Below are positions 11,263 through 23,993 of a DNA stretch of 64,000 nucleotides, one piece after another; position 1 is the first letter of the stretch; every line of letters starts with the position of its first letter. Under the pieces are notes generated by a model that saw only the letters and a program-made list of their open reading frames with translations, ran no database searches and had not been told where the DNA came from. A program made the translations under genes and the position numbers. Source of the stretch: the human T2T-CHM13v2.0 reference genome, Homo sapiens; NCBI RefSeq assembly GCF_009914755.1, contig NC_060945.1. One strand, given 5' to 3'.

Positions 11263-13045
11263 TAAATATATTTTATTCCCTAATATTAACACATTAAAAA
11301 TATTCACTGCCCTATGGACTGCTTAACATAGCATGATATTTCCAGATAATCTGTCTGTTAAAATTTCAGTGAGTTCTTTTCAGTGCTTGAGGGTAATGTC
11401 CAAGGATAATTTAAAGGGTATTTGTAGATATCATGCAGGTATAATGCAAGTTCATTTTAAAGCTGAAAGAAACTGGGACTCAGAGTTCTTAAGTGATAAA
11501 ATCGGGATGCAAGACCGGATTTTCTGCCTCCTTGTCCAACTTTTTTCTACTTCTTCGAAGGTTGTTAATTTTTCTATTTCTTTTAAAATATATTAGGGTT
11601 TTGTTGGGTTATCTTCATGAAGATATAAATTAATATATTCTGTTATATTTACATGCAGTTGATATATTTAATAGTAACATCAACTTATTCATGCAACCAT
11701 TAATTTCTTTATCAATAAAATAAATACTTTCTTGACACCCAGTACTTTCAAAATTCTGTAATAGACAGCTGGGAATGAAGACCAATAAAACATCCTTTTA
11801 TTGTCATGTCAATGTAGCAAATTATGTTTTAGACATGGTATACACAGAAGTAAATAATTACAGTGGAGAAATTGCTCGACTGAGGAAGTGATTGCCTCAG
11901 CCTAGATCAATAATTATTACAGTAGAGGGAGTGACAGAAATATTCACAAAGCAACACCTAATTTGGAAATTTGAACACATTAACTAGCTAAAGAACCAGA
12001 GAACAAAGATATTGTATGCCAAAGACAAGACTGTTTCATCAACTTTGGTGTGATTTCCATGGAGATGTTAACTCTAACTAGATTACTTGATATCAGGAAT
12101 AATTTGCCTCCTAATGCCCATGTATATGTAGGATGTACTTAGTATTGGCCTTTCTAGAATTAACATCTGAGTTGCCTGTAAGTGAACCCATCACCTATCA
12201 GAAGAAAATATTGGACAGTAAAGTTGCTGCACATCTTATCTCCAATGACACTGCCCATGTGATTGAATACCAGCAGTCTAGCAATCTAAGTATCTTATAA
12301 GAAAAGTCATTTTAGTTTGGCCGATAGAAAATTCTTCTAAACTATGTTTCTCCATTGAGTTTATTTACTTTTCTAAGTTTTTCTTCTTGAAGTAATGTAA
12401 AATAAGTCAATATCCTCTTCTACATGGCAGCTTTGACATATTTTGTATGTCTTTAAAAGATGGCTTATGGATTTTGGAGGTCTTAGTATTCCAGTGATTT
12501 CATTCTTTCATTATTTATCCTGTTGCTATGTTCTCTAAGACACATTCAACAGTGAAATTATATGATTCAGTTTACCTTATTAAACAATAGAGTATATTAA
12601 AATATGGCATCTGATTGCCTCTTCTGAAATTAGGATGAACTGGAAAAAAGATAAAGAGGAAAACAGAAGATAGCATCAGAAAAACAAATTTCAAGCAAAT
12701 GTTTTTACATTTTCTAACCCCAGTTTCCATGTTTAAATAATAGAAACAAAAACATCTACTTGGCAAACATTTTACTTAGATTAAATGAATTTGAATTTAA
12801 TAAGATAAAGTATGATTATGACAGGCATAGAAAATAATAAGTTTCGTCAAGGCAGTTCTCTAAAAAAGAAGTTGCTTGTCCGTAAGTGTTTTTATGTGTA
12901 ATAATTCTGGTGTGTCTTCATAATCTGAGATTTTGATGATCCTGCCATTTGTCTCTACATTCTGCCAGTGCTCTGAACAGAAGGTGCTTTATTTAAGCCA
13001 TTTTAGTGTGAAAAATAAGTACTTGATGGGGACATGCTTTGATAA

Positions 13046-13560
13046 TGAGGTAGGAGACTGGCAAGACTTGTTTTCTAGTTATCCTGCTGACCAAAACTGG
13101 ATCTGGTCCAGACAGGAAAAAGTGAAAAAAACAGCAGGAACCAGCAGACAGCAACAAAAGCAATCCCTAGCTGCCTTCATTTCTCATTAGGATAAGACAC
13201 TTCCACCGGCACCACAACAGTTTATAAATACCATGGCAACGACCTGGAAGTTACCAATCCTTTCCATGGCAACAACGCAGAAGTTACTGCATATTTCCTA
13301 GACAGTTTTAAGTAACATGCCCCTCAATTTGCATTGACTCATCCTTTAATTTGCATGTAATTGAAGTGGGTTTACATGAGTATAAATACATTTGCCAAGC
13401 ACCCACTGCCTGTAAGTTATACCTGCTCTGCAAGGAGCAGTACCTTCCCATACAAGATTGCTGTCTAACACCACCAGCTAGCCCTTGAATTCTTTATTTG
13501 GCAAAACCAAGAACTCTCCCAGGCTAAGCCTTAATTTTGGGTCTCACCCGTCCTGCAACA
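13046..13560 (+). mobile_element. Solo LTR, MER66 family (ERV1)
   Basis: TGAGGTAGGAGACTGGC start, 'ccatggcaac' repeats, 'gctaagccttaattttggg...tgcaaca' end. Confidence 0.8.
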
Positions 13561-13999
13561 AAACCATGTCTTTCCCTGAGTGGACAAGTTGAAAAAATAT
13601 CAATTATTTTACCGTGCCTTTCCAACACTTTTTGACTACCATGACATGGTAAAGGCAATTGTGCCAATTGTTAAATTGATTAATATTTCAGATTGTGACG
13701 ACCATGAGATCCTATACAATAACTTGGAAAATTATCTGATGTAGATTTGTAGAAAAACTTGCTACACATGTTTTAAAGGACTTCAACTCCTTTTGGCTGA
13801 AAATTCTGGAAGAAAGAAATTATTGGCATAACCATGACCATCCAGAAAACGTTGTTGATGCAATGGCTCATGCAATTTGGAATATTTTCTAGTGGTCCCT
13901 GTTGACTAATTTGATCTTACTAAGTAATTCAATACCACTTGAACATATTGTAGTGCTGGAGAAATCAGTAGCAGCAGTGTGAAACTAGCAAGAACTCCA

Positions 14000-14220
14000 C
14001 ATTTGAAGAATACTACCTTTCCTACAGGAATCCCTTGAACTTTAGAAAATTGATTAATCCCTTTGAGCTTAAGTTTTCTCATCTAGTAATAAAATGCATA
14101 TCCCAATAGTTTCTCTTCACTGCATTGTTGGAAAGATTAAAGGAAAAATGAGATCTCATGAAAAGCACTCAGCTCAGTATTGAGCACACAGTGAGCTACT
14201 GATAAGTATGAGCCATTATT
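14000..14220 (+). mobile_element. MIR
   Basis: Core 'tttgagcttaagttttctcatctagtaa' and 'aaagcactcagc...cacacagtgagc'. Confidence 0.7.
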
Positions 14221-14698
14221 GCTTCTTAAGTGTTGCTGAAAATGGATATTTTTCATCTTTGTGGTGTTGCAGAGCAGTTGAAATAATGAAGAGTTGTGAG
14301 GAATAATTTTTAAAATAGAAATAAATTTAAAATTACATTAATTTCAAAGCTGTACCAGTTAGTCAATTAATGGGCATATTAGTTAAGTACATGTGGACTA
14401 CAACAATTAGGTAGAATTTTTCCCTCTATTTCACTAAACACTATCCTCATCAGAATTCATTTTACCAAAAGCAGTTAATTATAAACAATATTTACATTTC
14501 TAGGCCACTGAATCTTTATATTTTGGGAAGACAGGTAGGGGAAAGATATTTCCTTTTCTTAGAAAAGTACTCATGACCAGTTAGCCACTCTTTTCTCTAG
14601 AATTTCACGACTTCCAGTACTCCAGAAGGGTCAGCAAAACCGAGATAATGAAGTCCTGATCTGGACGACATGTTTCACCCATAAACCCCAAATGTTTT

Positions 14699-14801
14699 TT
14701 CTCTCTCTCTCTTTCTCTCAATCTCAATCTTTCCCTGTCCCTCATACTCTGTCTCCCTACTCCCTACCCTCATCTCTCTATCACACACACACACATACAC
14801 A
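14699..14801. repeat. (CT)n / (CA)n low-complexity tract
   Basis: Seen directly. Confidence 0.8.
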
Positions 14802-16170
14802 AGTCTTCTTTTTAATAGTAATTTAATTTCTAGAGTTCATTCTGCAATAGAAAACTTATTGTTTCAATATTGAGTATTGCTAATGGCTTCCGTGTGGTAT
14901 CTTCTCCTTTCACATAAGAAAATAGATTTATTGAGAGACATTTAGGGAACAGTTTTACGCTTGCTAATGGCTTTAATTAATACAATAGCATTAATCAGAC
15001 TATATAGTTGCATTTTCTTTTTAAACAAATGACATTTTAATTTTAATCCAATAACAATACGATAGTATTCAATGAATTGTCCCCAAAGTGGATATTTAAA
15101 AATACATATTGATATTTTAGTTAAAGACAATCCTAGGTTATATTGAAAGACAAATCAGAAAAATCTAAAACAGTGTAGACATTTGTTAAACATTTATCAA
15201 ATGTATCTATTTTCTTTCATTATTACAAAGTTATATTAGTTATTTAATTAAACAGCAAATATACTTGAATTCATACACAATTTAAAATCATACTTTATTC
15301 ACTATTTCTAGAAACAGTCAAACTACTTAGAAACCTGGACTTAAATTGACATTGATTTTTCAGTGATCTCTAAAGCAAATAATTTACCTTTTTTATTTTG
15401 CCATGGTTTACATTTTTATCTCATGCCATTTTCTCCATTTCCAAATGACTATACAAATTTTTAGAAAGAAATAAAGAATACTACAAACAAACATTAAAAT
15501 GATTTAAAGCAAAGAGTTCTCATGTGCAGGAGGTTATCTTTATCAACAATTTTTTGAATAGTGCTTCTATATACATTATTGTTTTATAAAGCTCTTGATA
15601 TTAATAAATTCTCTAAGATGGGAAAAGTAACCTTCTTACATTGTTACTGAATGCATTGATAGCAATATACAACTAGATTCAATGATTTATATTTCTTCAT
15701 CAGATTTTCAGTTTGTGGAAGAAAGAGTTTGTTACCTGGCACAAAAGACCTAATATATTAGATTTAACTTCGTCAATGTAGAAATATCCACTTCTAGACA
15801 CAATGCTTTTCTCTTGATTGCATCTAACACATAATGGTATATATAGCCTGAATTCATAGTTCACCATCATTTTAACAACATTTTCTGTGTAATCGGTGCT
15901 ATTTTGTTAAATGGAGTTTATTTGAAACTGTCCATTACTTACAAGTTAGTAAGTCTGTCATTTCCTTGTTAGCCAAAAGGAGTTAACTTCTGGTATATTT
16001 TGCTAATAAAAATTCACAAATATGTATGCATTTTAAAAACATCTACACGTAGTATTCTGGGTTATAACAAAGGTAAATATTATACCTTCTCTGATGCTTC
16101 TTTTGGTTGCTATCCAGGCCACATGTGTGACTGGAGCTTATAAAATTTGAGAAGACAGGAGCCTTTAAGT

Positions 16171-16376
16171 CTGTGATTCCCAATGTGGCTGACTCTCAGT
16201 CCCCTGCTAGGGAATTTTGGAAATATCTGTACATTTTTTAATTTCTCATCAAGTGGAATCTAGTGGGTAGAGGCTGAGTTTTGATAAACAGCATACAATG
16301 CACAAGATACCTCCCAACACACACCCCAGGAATTGACTGTCTAAAAGTGCCAAGATTCCCACGTTGAGAAATACTA
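16171..16376 (+). mobile_element. MER20 (hAT-Charlie)
   Basis: 'atctagtgggtagaggc...catacaatgcacaaga...gttgagaaa' matches the recalled MER20 consensus. Confidence 0.8.
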
Positions 16377-16995
16377 CTTGAAATAAAAGAATAAAATTTG
16401 TTAAAAATAAAATACAATTAGATACAGAAGTAAGTGAGGAACTCTGTAGAACAAGCTTCTTTAATTTTGTAGGTAAAACTGCTTTAGCGATTACTCCAAA
16501 ACAAAATTCCAAATCAAACGCATTTCTTTTTGAATAATGAATTAACCCTTATAAATTTCTACCTCTGGCAGAAGGTTTTTGAAAAGTAAAGAAATTAATG
16601 TGCTTTAAATTGAAGGTTTCTGTCCAATGAATTTAAAAGACAACTACATAATACTTCACGATAATGAGGTTGGCAAGCACAAGGTACAGTGATTTGATTA
16701 AGTTGATGGGGTCTACAGCGGGGAGTCAGATAAAAACTGTACATACTGCAGGCAGCATTTTCCTAGAAGTAACACAATAAGTAAGAAATACTTCTAAATT
16801 AGTTTATAACTTCTTTTATAGCTTCTGTACTTCTTTGCCATTCAAGATATAATAGTTTTACACAACTCAACCCTATTAACTTGTATTACAAGCCTTATAT
16901 TCAAACGCTTGTTAGTAAAACAGAGCTACATAAAAGCATGTCCATGAAGCCTTGTTGCCTGTGGCACCGACTGATGTATCATGACCTACCTCCCT

Positions 16996-17008
16996 ACACA
17001 CACACACA

Positions 17009-17053
<45 letters not shown>
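16996..17053. repeat. (CA)n-(CG)n-(CA)n compound microsatellite
   Basis: About 57 bp of alternating purine-pyrimidine sequence. Confidence 0.95.
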
Positions 17054-17055
<2 letters not shown>

Positions 17056-17483
17056 ATTCCAGGATTTTAAAAAACAGCCTGACTTGTTATACCATGAGAA
17101 TTTTAAAAACAAACAAAAACATTTTAAACTATTTAAATTTTCTATATGCTTACAGTAAATATATTATGGTTTACACGTAGTGTCTAGTCTAGCTAAGCTT
17201 AGGCTCAGGGTCCTATATTCTTTACTGTGTATATATTTGTCCTATATATTATTTGAACACTGAGAAGTCACCACTTGGTCCTGTATTGAATCACACATTA
17301 TTAACTTGTAAATTCGTGTGACATCACACTGTACACCGACACACCTTCAGAAATATTTATATTACTTTAAACAGAGTTTCTGCAAAGTAGGCTATTTTGT
17401 TAAATAGAGCAGATTTCCACATTTTAGAAAAAGTGGATCTTGCTTTGGTTATTTCAGAGTTTACATTTCAAAGGGAAGGTAAG

Positions 17484-17859
17484 TGTCTCAGTCAGTTTTC
17501 TGTTGTTATAACAGAATACTATTATACACCCTGGCCAATTTATAAAGAAAAAAAGTATTACTCACAATTCTGGAACTAGGAAGATCAAGAGCATGGCACT
17601 GGTATCTGGAGATGGTAGAAGGCATCACATAGGGAGTGAGCACCTGAGACAGAGCGAGACGCTGGGGGCTGACTGGCTTTATAATGACCCCTCTCCTGAT
17701 AACTAACCCACCCTCACAACAATGACATTGTATCCATTCATGATGTCTCTGCCTTGGTGACCCAGCCACTTCTTATTCGGCCCCACTTCCCAACATTGTT
17801 GCAATGGGGATTAAATTTCCAACCCCTCAACTTTTTGGGGACACATTCAAACCATAGGA
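17484..17859 (-). mobile_element. Solo MaLR LTR (MSTC/MSTD/MLT1A-like)
   Basis: tgtctcagtc...'ggggacacattcaaaccatagga' termini. Confidence 0.8.
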
Positions 17860-18399
17860 TAGAAACTGGTAATGCAGGCTATCATATATATTTTAGAAAT
17901 ATACTAAATATCCAAAGCAATGTTTACTTGCACCTAAAAATATAAACTTCCTTATCTTCAATGCTCATGATTATTTATAGCTTTGTTTTCCCCCTTTTCA
18001 ATAACAAGCTTCTCAGAAGAATCCCCCGTACTTGATGTCTCAATGTCCCTGCTATCCACACAGCATTTAGTACTTCCTGCATTCTACCCTCCCTCTTCTA
18101 GTGCCAAATTGTGAATGCTTTCTTGATAGACATCATTGATCTCCTAGGTTCATATATGTTTGCATGTTGTTAGCTGTTCATTTTATTGGCATCTGTGTCA
18201 ACTGACACAATCGTCTTAGCTTTACTCTTGAAACTTTCATAGACTTGATTATATCTTTTTTGTTTTAATGAAGATATCATCTCTTCAAATCAACAATAGT
18301 TTCATCTCTATGACTCTATTTCGGGGTGAAGATCCCTTCTAGGGGCACACATGGCACCATGTTTGCAGTTATGGATTGCCTCTCTGTATATTTTAATTG

Positions 18400-18520
18400 T
18401 CCATTTAACAGCTTTATCTTCTACGCATAACTTGCTCAGGGACAGACACTGTGTTTTATTTTGTGGCATGTATAACCCCTAGCATGATGCTAGCAAGTGT
18501 GTGATACATATTTATCATTG
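18400..18520 (+). mobile_element. L2 3' fragment
   Basis: 'cagggacagacactgtgttttatt...ccctagcatgatgc'. Confidence 0.5.
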
Positions 18521-18859
18521 CAAAAATGATCTAGATTCCCTGTTTCTGTTTCTTCTCTTTATCTTCTTCTCTGCTTTCCCTGAGCCTACAAACTAAAATG
18601 TCAAGTATTATTTTTCCGAAGTACTTACATTTTTTTAATACTCTTTTCATTGGTGAACTAATCAATTGCCACACTTTCTTCTGTGATTTGTGGTCTGCTA
18701 ACAGATGGCTAAGCCTGTGTTTTTAGTCCCAAGATCCAGTTCTACAATTCAAGATGACTGTCTATAAACTGAGATACTCTCATAAGCTACGTTTTTCATC
18801 TTTCACTGTCACCATTTCCCTTAAAGCTCTTCCTTTTGAACTTTCTCATTCTTATATAT

Positions 18860-20105
18860 GTATTTTATTTTTTAGTTGACAAATGTTTTGAAATGCATTT
18901 ACATTGTGTAATGGCTCAATCTAGCTAATCACCATATGCATTACCTCACATACTTATCCTTTTTCTTTCACCATTTATAAAGATAAAATTTTAAGGAAAC
19001 TCTTAAAATTTACTCTCAGCAAATTTCAAAATAAAATACATTGTTATTAACTATAGTCACTGTGTTGAGAAACAGATCACCAGTACTCATTCTTCTTATC
19101 TAAATGAAATTTTATAAAAACACTCCTCCAAAAACAATGTTTTGAAGTATATATACATTGTGTAATGGCTCAATCCAACTAATCACCTTATGGCTTACTT
19201 CACATACTTGTTCTTTTATTTTCATCATGAGAGCCCTTAAAATTTACTCTCAGCAAATTTCAAAATAAAATATATTGTTATTAACCATAGTCACCATGTT
19301 GGGAAACAGATCACCAGTACTTATATCTCCCACCTAAATGAAATGTTATATCCTTTGATTGGATCTCCCTAAGATCTCATAGGCCCCAGGCCCTTCTACT
19401 TTCCACTTCTTTTTTTTTTTTTTAAGAGATGGGATCTTGTTCTGTTGCCCAGGTTGGAGTGGAGTGGCATGATCCTGGCTCACTGCACCCTTAAACTCCT
19501 GAGCTCAAGCAATACTCCTTACTTCAGCTTCCTGAGCAGCGAGGGCCACAGGCGTGCATTTCTTTTTTTAGATAAATTTTTTATAGAGGTGAGGTCTTGG
19601 TGTATTGCCCAGGCTGCTCTCAAATTCCTGACCTCAAGCCATCTCCCTGCCTCAGCCAAATTGCTGGGATTACAGGCATGAGCTGCCACTCCTGATGTCT
19701 ACTCTATACTTCTGTAAGTTCAACTTTTTTAGATTTCATGTATAAGTGAGATAATTCACTATTTCCCTTTCTGTGCCGGCTTATTTCACTTAACATAACG
19801 CCCTCCAAGTTCATCTGTGTTGTCACAAATGACAAGATTTCCTTCGTCTTTTAAGGCCAAATAGTGTTTCAGAGTGTATATAAATTACATTATTTTAATC
19901 CACTCATCTGCTGATAGGCACTTAAGTCATTTACATATCTTGACTGCTGTAAATAATGCTGCATTGAACATGAGAGTGGAGATTTCTCCAACATATTGAT
20001 TTCATTTCCTTTAGTTATATACTCAGTGCTGAGATTACTAGATCACATAGCAGTTCTATTTTTAATTTTGTGAAGAACCTCTGTACTATTGTCCAGAATG
20101 GTTTA
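18860..20105 (-). mobile_element. L1MA 3' end with an internal tandem duplication and a nested AluJ
   Basis: 'tacattgttattaactatagtcac', 'ttttagatttcatgtataagtgagata', 'ggcttatttcacttaacataa'. Confidence 0.85.
19411..19695 (-). mobile_element. AluJ
   Basis: PolyT plus antisense Alu; TSD approximately 'tctact...acttct'. Confidence 0.85.
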
Positions 20106-20689
20106 ATACTGAATAAATAAGATGCCAAGTCAATAAATTTCAAAATTTAGATTTTAACATTTACTCTTCTTATTCTCCCACATTATTTAAATCGTTAACC
20201 ACAGTTAATTTTACTTCTACAACATCACTTCTTCCTTATTTTAGCTTTCATTTCCATGGACATTTTTTAAGCAAGTCATCATTTATATCAAAACAAAAAC
20301 AAGCAGGCACCCTGATATCTGATTAATATTTCTCACTTAGATTTCTAGATTGGATTTTCACCTCCTTAAATACTCCCTTGAGTCCCCTGACGATCATAGC
20401 TAATTGACAACGCAAACTTAATCTCACACAAAAATCTTTAACTGAAAATAGGCCATGAATTATATTTGAGGTGATTATGTACCTTAATAAATATTCATTT
20501 GGGAGCAACCATTGCAGCATCAATAGGTCTATGACAGAGCTATTGGTTAAAGATATGTGATTATAATCTCCTGGGATTATGTGGAAAAGTTTTAAATTTT
20601 ATGATAAAATAGGAGTGATGTCGCTGATGTGACTATTCCATAGTTCTACTTGATTTGTAGGAATATGATATGTAAAATTACAGCAATCA

Positions 20690-20872
20690 TCATTATTATT
20701 ATTATTATCGTTATTTAGAGACAGGGTCTTGCTGTGTTACCCAGGGTGGAGTGCAGTGGTGCAATGAGAGGTCACTGAAGCCTAGAACTCCTGGGCTCAA
20801 GAGATCCTCTCGCCTCAGCCTTCTGAGTAGCTGAGACCACAGGCTCCCGCCACCATGCTGAGCTAATTTTAA
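20690..20872 (-). mobile_element. AluJ right arm with (ATT)n tail
   Basis: 'gagacagggtcttgctgtgttacccaggg...gctaatttt'. Confidence 0.85.
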
Positions 20873-20908
20873 AAATATATAATAATAATAATAATAATGA
20901 AAATTGTA

Positions 20909-21204
20909 GGCCGGGCACGGTGGCTCAGGCCTGTAATCCCAGCACTTTGGGAGGTCGAGGCGGGTGGATCATCCAAGGTCAGGAGTTTGAGATCAGCCTG
21001 GCCAACAAGGTGAAACCTCGTCTGTACTAAAAATACAGAAGTTAGCCAGGTGTGGTGCTGGGCGCCTGCAGTCCTAGCTACCCGGGAGGCTGAGGCACAA
21101 GAATCACTTGAACCCAGGAGGCAGAGGTTGCAGTAAGCCGAGATCACGCCACTGCAGTCCAGCCTGGGCGACAGAATGAGACTTTTTCTCAAAAAAAAAA
21201 AAAA
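20909..21204 (+). mobile_element. AluSx-like
   Basis: Full dimer plus A-tail. Confidence 0.95.
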
Positions 21205-21228
21205 GAATGAGAAGAAAAAATTCTACAG

Positions 21229-21381
21229 GGCCAGGCACAGTGGCTTGCACCTGTAATCACAGTACTTTGGGAGGCCAAGTCGGGCAGATCACCTGAGCCC
21301 AGGAGTTCAAGGTTGCAGTGAGCTGTGATAATACCACTGCAGCCCAGCGTAGGCAATATAGTGAGACTTTGTCTTTTAAAA
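21229..21381 (+). mobile_element. Alu monomer (FLAM-C-like)
   Basis: 'ggccaggcacagtggc...aggagttcaaggttgcagtgagc...gtgagactttgtct'. Confidence 0.8.
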
Positions 21382-23166
21382 CCATACATATATGTACAGA
21401 CAGGTATCTATGTTTTGCTTGTCTTTTGAAAAGATGACTGTATCCTCAGTGTGTGCATTTACAGCCCCTGACATTCAAAATTAACCTCTGGCTTGAAACC
21501 TCAATTTTGTATATTTTCCTCAAATCATTATAGCGACACCTTATGCTTCAAAAGGTTTAGATTCTCAATGCTCTTCAAAACCCCACTTGAACTGAATTGC
21601 ATAGGAATTTTAACAAGTTGGTTATAGAAAAACAGAAACAAAAAACAAAACAAAGAAATGTTCTTTCTATTGCTGCATGAAATCTAGTAATAAAGATCTT
21701 CTTGGTAATAAAGTAGATGATTCTGTGTTACTTAAAAATGACAGAAGTATAATAATTTGGAGCACTAGGATATTTAGAGACATTAAAGGATATATGTTTT
21801 TTTTAATAACTCAGAGTAAAAATCATAAAAATTTTGCGAAGATTCATTTTACATATTTGAGGCCTCCAGTCTTTACAGGTACTTTTTGATTCTCATTAAA
21901 TATTTTGAAATTCAAGGTTAAATGAAAAATGCTTTCTTTGTAATTAAGATAGATGCTAGGTAACTGGAGATGCCTTTTATATTTTTAAAACCAAAATAGA
22001 GAAGTAAAGCTTTAAAAGTACTCCAAGAGAAAATTGGTATTGTCAGCTCACTTTATCTATATCTGATATCTGAAGTGTGCAAAATTAATTCAGGCTTTGC
22101 CACACATAGCTGTTAAAGAGATAAGTATAGTTAATTTCAGCTATACTGTAATCAATGACATGAGAATTAAATTTTTCATATATAAATATCTACATCCCAC
22201 TGAAAATGTGAAGCAAGCAAAGATGATAATATAAAAGTGCAAAATCAAGTTTAAGGCCATCCATTATCCTTTTCTATTAACATATATCATGTTACTATTG
22301 GCTCGTCTACTTTTAAACAGCAATTCTCTTTTATGTAAATTAACTAAGAGTTCATTTAGAAATGATATTTCCCCTTATAAGTATTCATTTTGTCAGCTTA
22401 AGTAAGAGCCAAATGATCTCAGATCAGATTCAATAGGGAAACTGCTGAAGGGAAAATAAGAGAATCATGAAAGAGAATAGAAAATCAATACCTAGCAATT
22501 CCCCAGAAATTAAATGACTCTAGGGTGGAGGGGTCCCATGGGACATAGAGAGAGGTAGCTGGTCCTAAGGATTTGTCAGGTCTAAACCATTAGCATTTCC
22601 ATTACCAACTCTTCTTTTCTGAAGGGGTATTAGAATGAATTAGAACCTGGTCTGAGTGCTTAGATAGAGCATTATCATCAACAAAATCAGTAATGTTGTT
22701 AGCATCAGGGAAGACACACATGGAGCATTTTCCCTCTCCTAAGCAGAAAAAAAGATGGAAATCTTCCTAAAGACTCAGGTAATATGAAGCATATGTACAT
22801 GTTTTCGAGGACATGAGCCCTTTTGATTCATAATTCAGAAGTATTTCAAATAGAAAATCCAATGAACAAAGCCTTTTTAAAAATGCACTTTTGACAAAAT
22901 ATTTGAAATATACAAGAAGATATGTTCAACATACACTTAAGTCATGAAGCATAAGATAGAATTGAATACCTGTGGAGCACAAAACAAATAACAAACTATT
23001 ATTAATATCATTGAAATAATTCCTATGTTTCTTCCATGTCTCATGCTGTCATCTTTCCTGCATCCTCACTCACAGAAAACCATTTGTACGTATAATTTGT
23101 TTATCTTGTTCTTCTCTTTAATAATTTTATTACCCAAGTAAATATCTTTTAAAAATATTTTTTATT

Positions 23167-23477
<311 letters not shown>

Positions 23478-23634
23478 TCATGACTATAAGTATAGTTTTA
23501 TACTGTATGGAAAGTTCTAGGGCTAGATTTTTTTTTCCACTTAGAATATATTTATAAGATTCATGAAACCATAGTTCATTTTCTTTTAAGTGTGTATGTC
23601 TCCTAGTGGGCACACACAATTGTTTTTAGGGTAT

Positions 23635-23993
23635 TGATATACTTTGGCTTTGTGTCCCTACCCAAACCCCATCTCTAATTGTAATCCCCATGTGTAGAGG
23701 AAGAGACCTCTTGGGGGGTGATTGGATCACGGAGGTGGCTTCCTCCGTGCTGTTTTCATGATCTGTTCTCAGGAAATCTTATGGTTTCAAAAGTGGCAGT
23801 TTTCCCTGCATACTTTTTCTCTTTTGCTTCCTTGTGAAGAAGGTGTTTGCTTCCTCTTCCCCTTCTACCACGTTTGTAAGTTTCCTGAGGCCTCCCTAGC
23901 CATGTGGAACTGTGAGTCAATTAAATCTGTTTTCTTATAAACTACCCAGTCTCGGGTAGTATCTTTATGCCAGGGTAAAAAGGAACTAATACA
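23635..23993 (+). mobile_element. Solo THE1 (C/D-like) LTR
   Basis: tgatat...actaataca termini; 5-bp TSD ggtat/ggttt. Confidence 0.88.
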
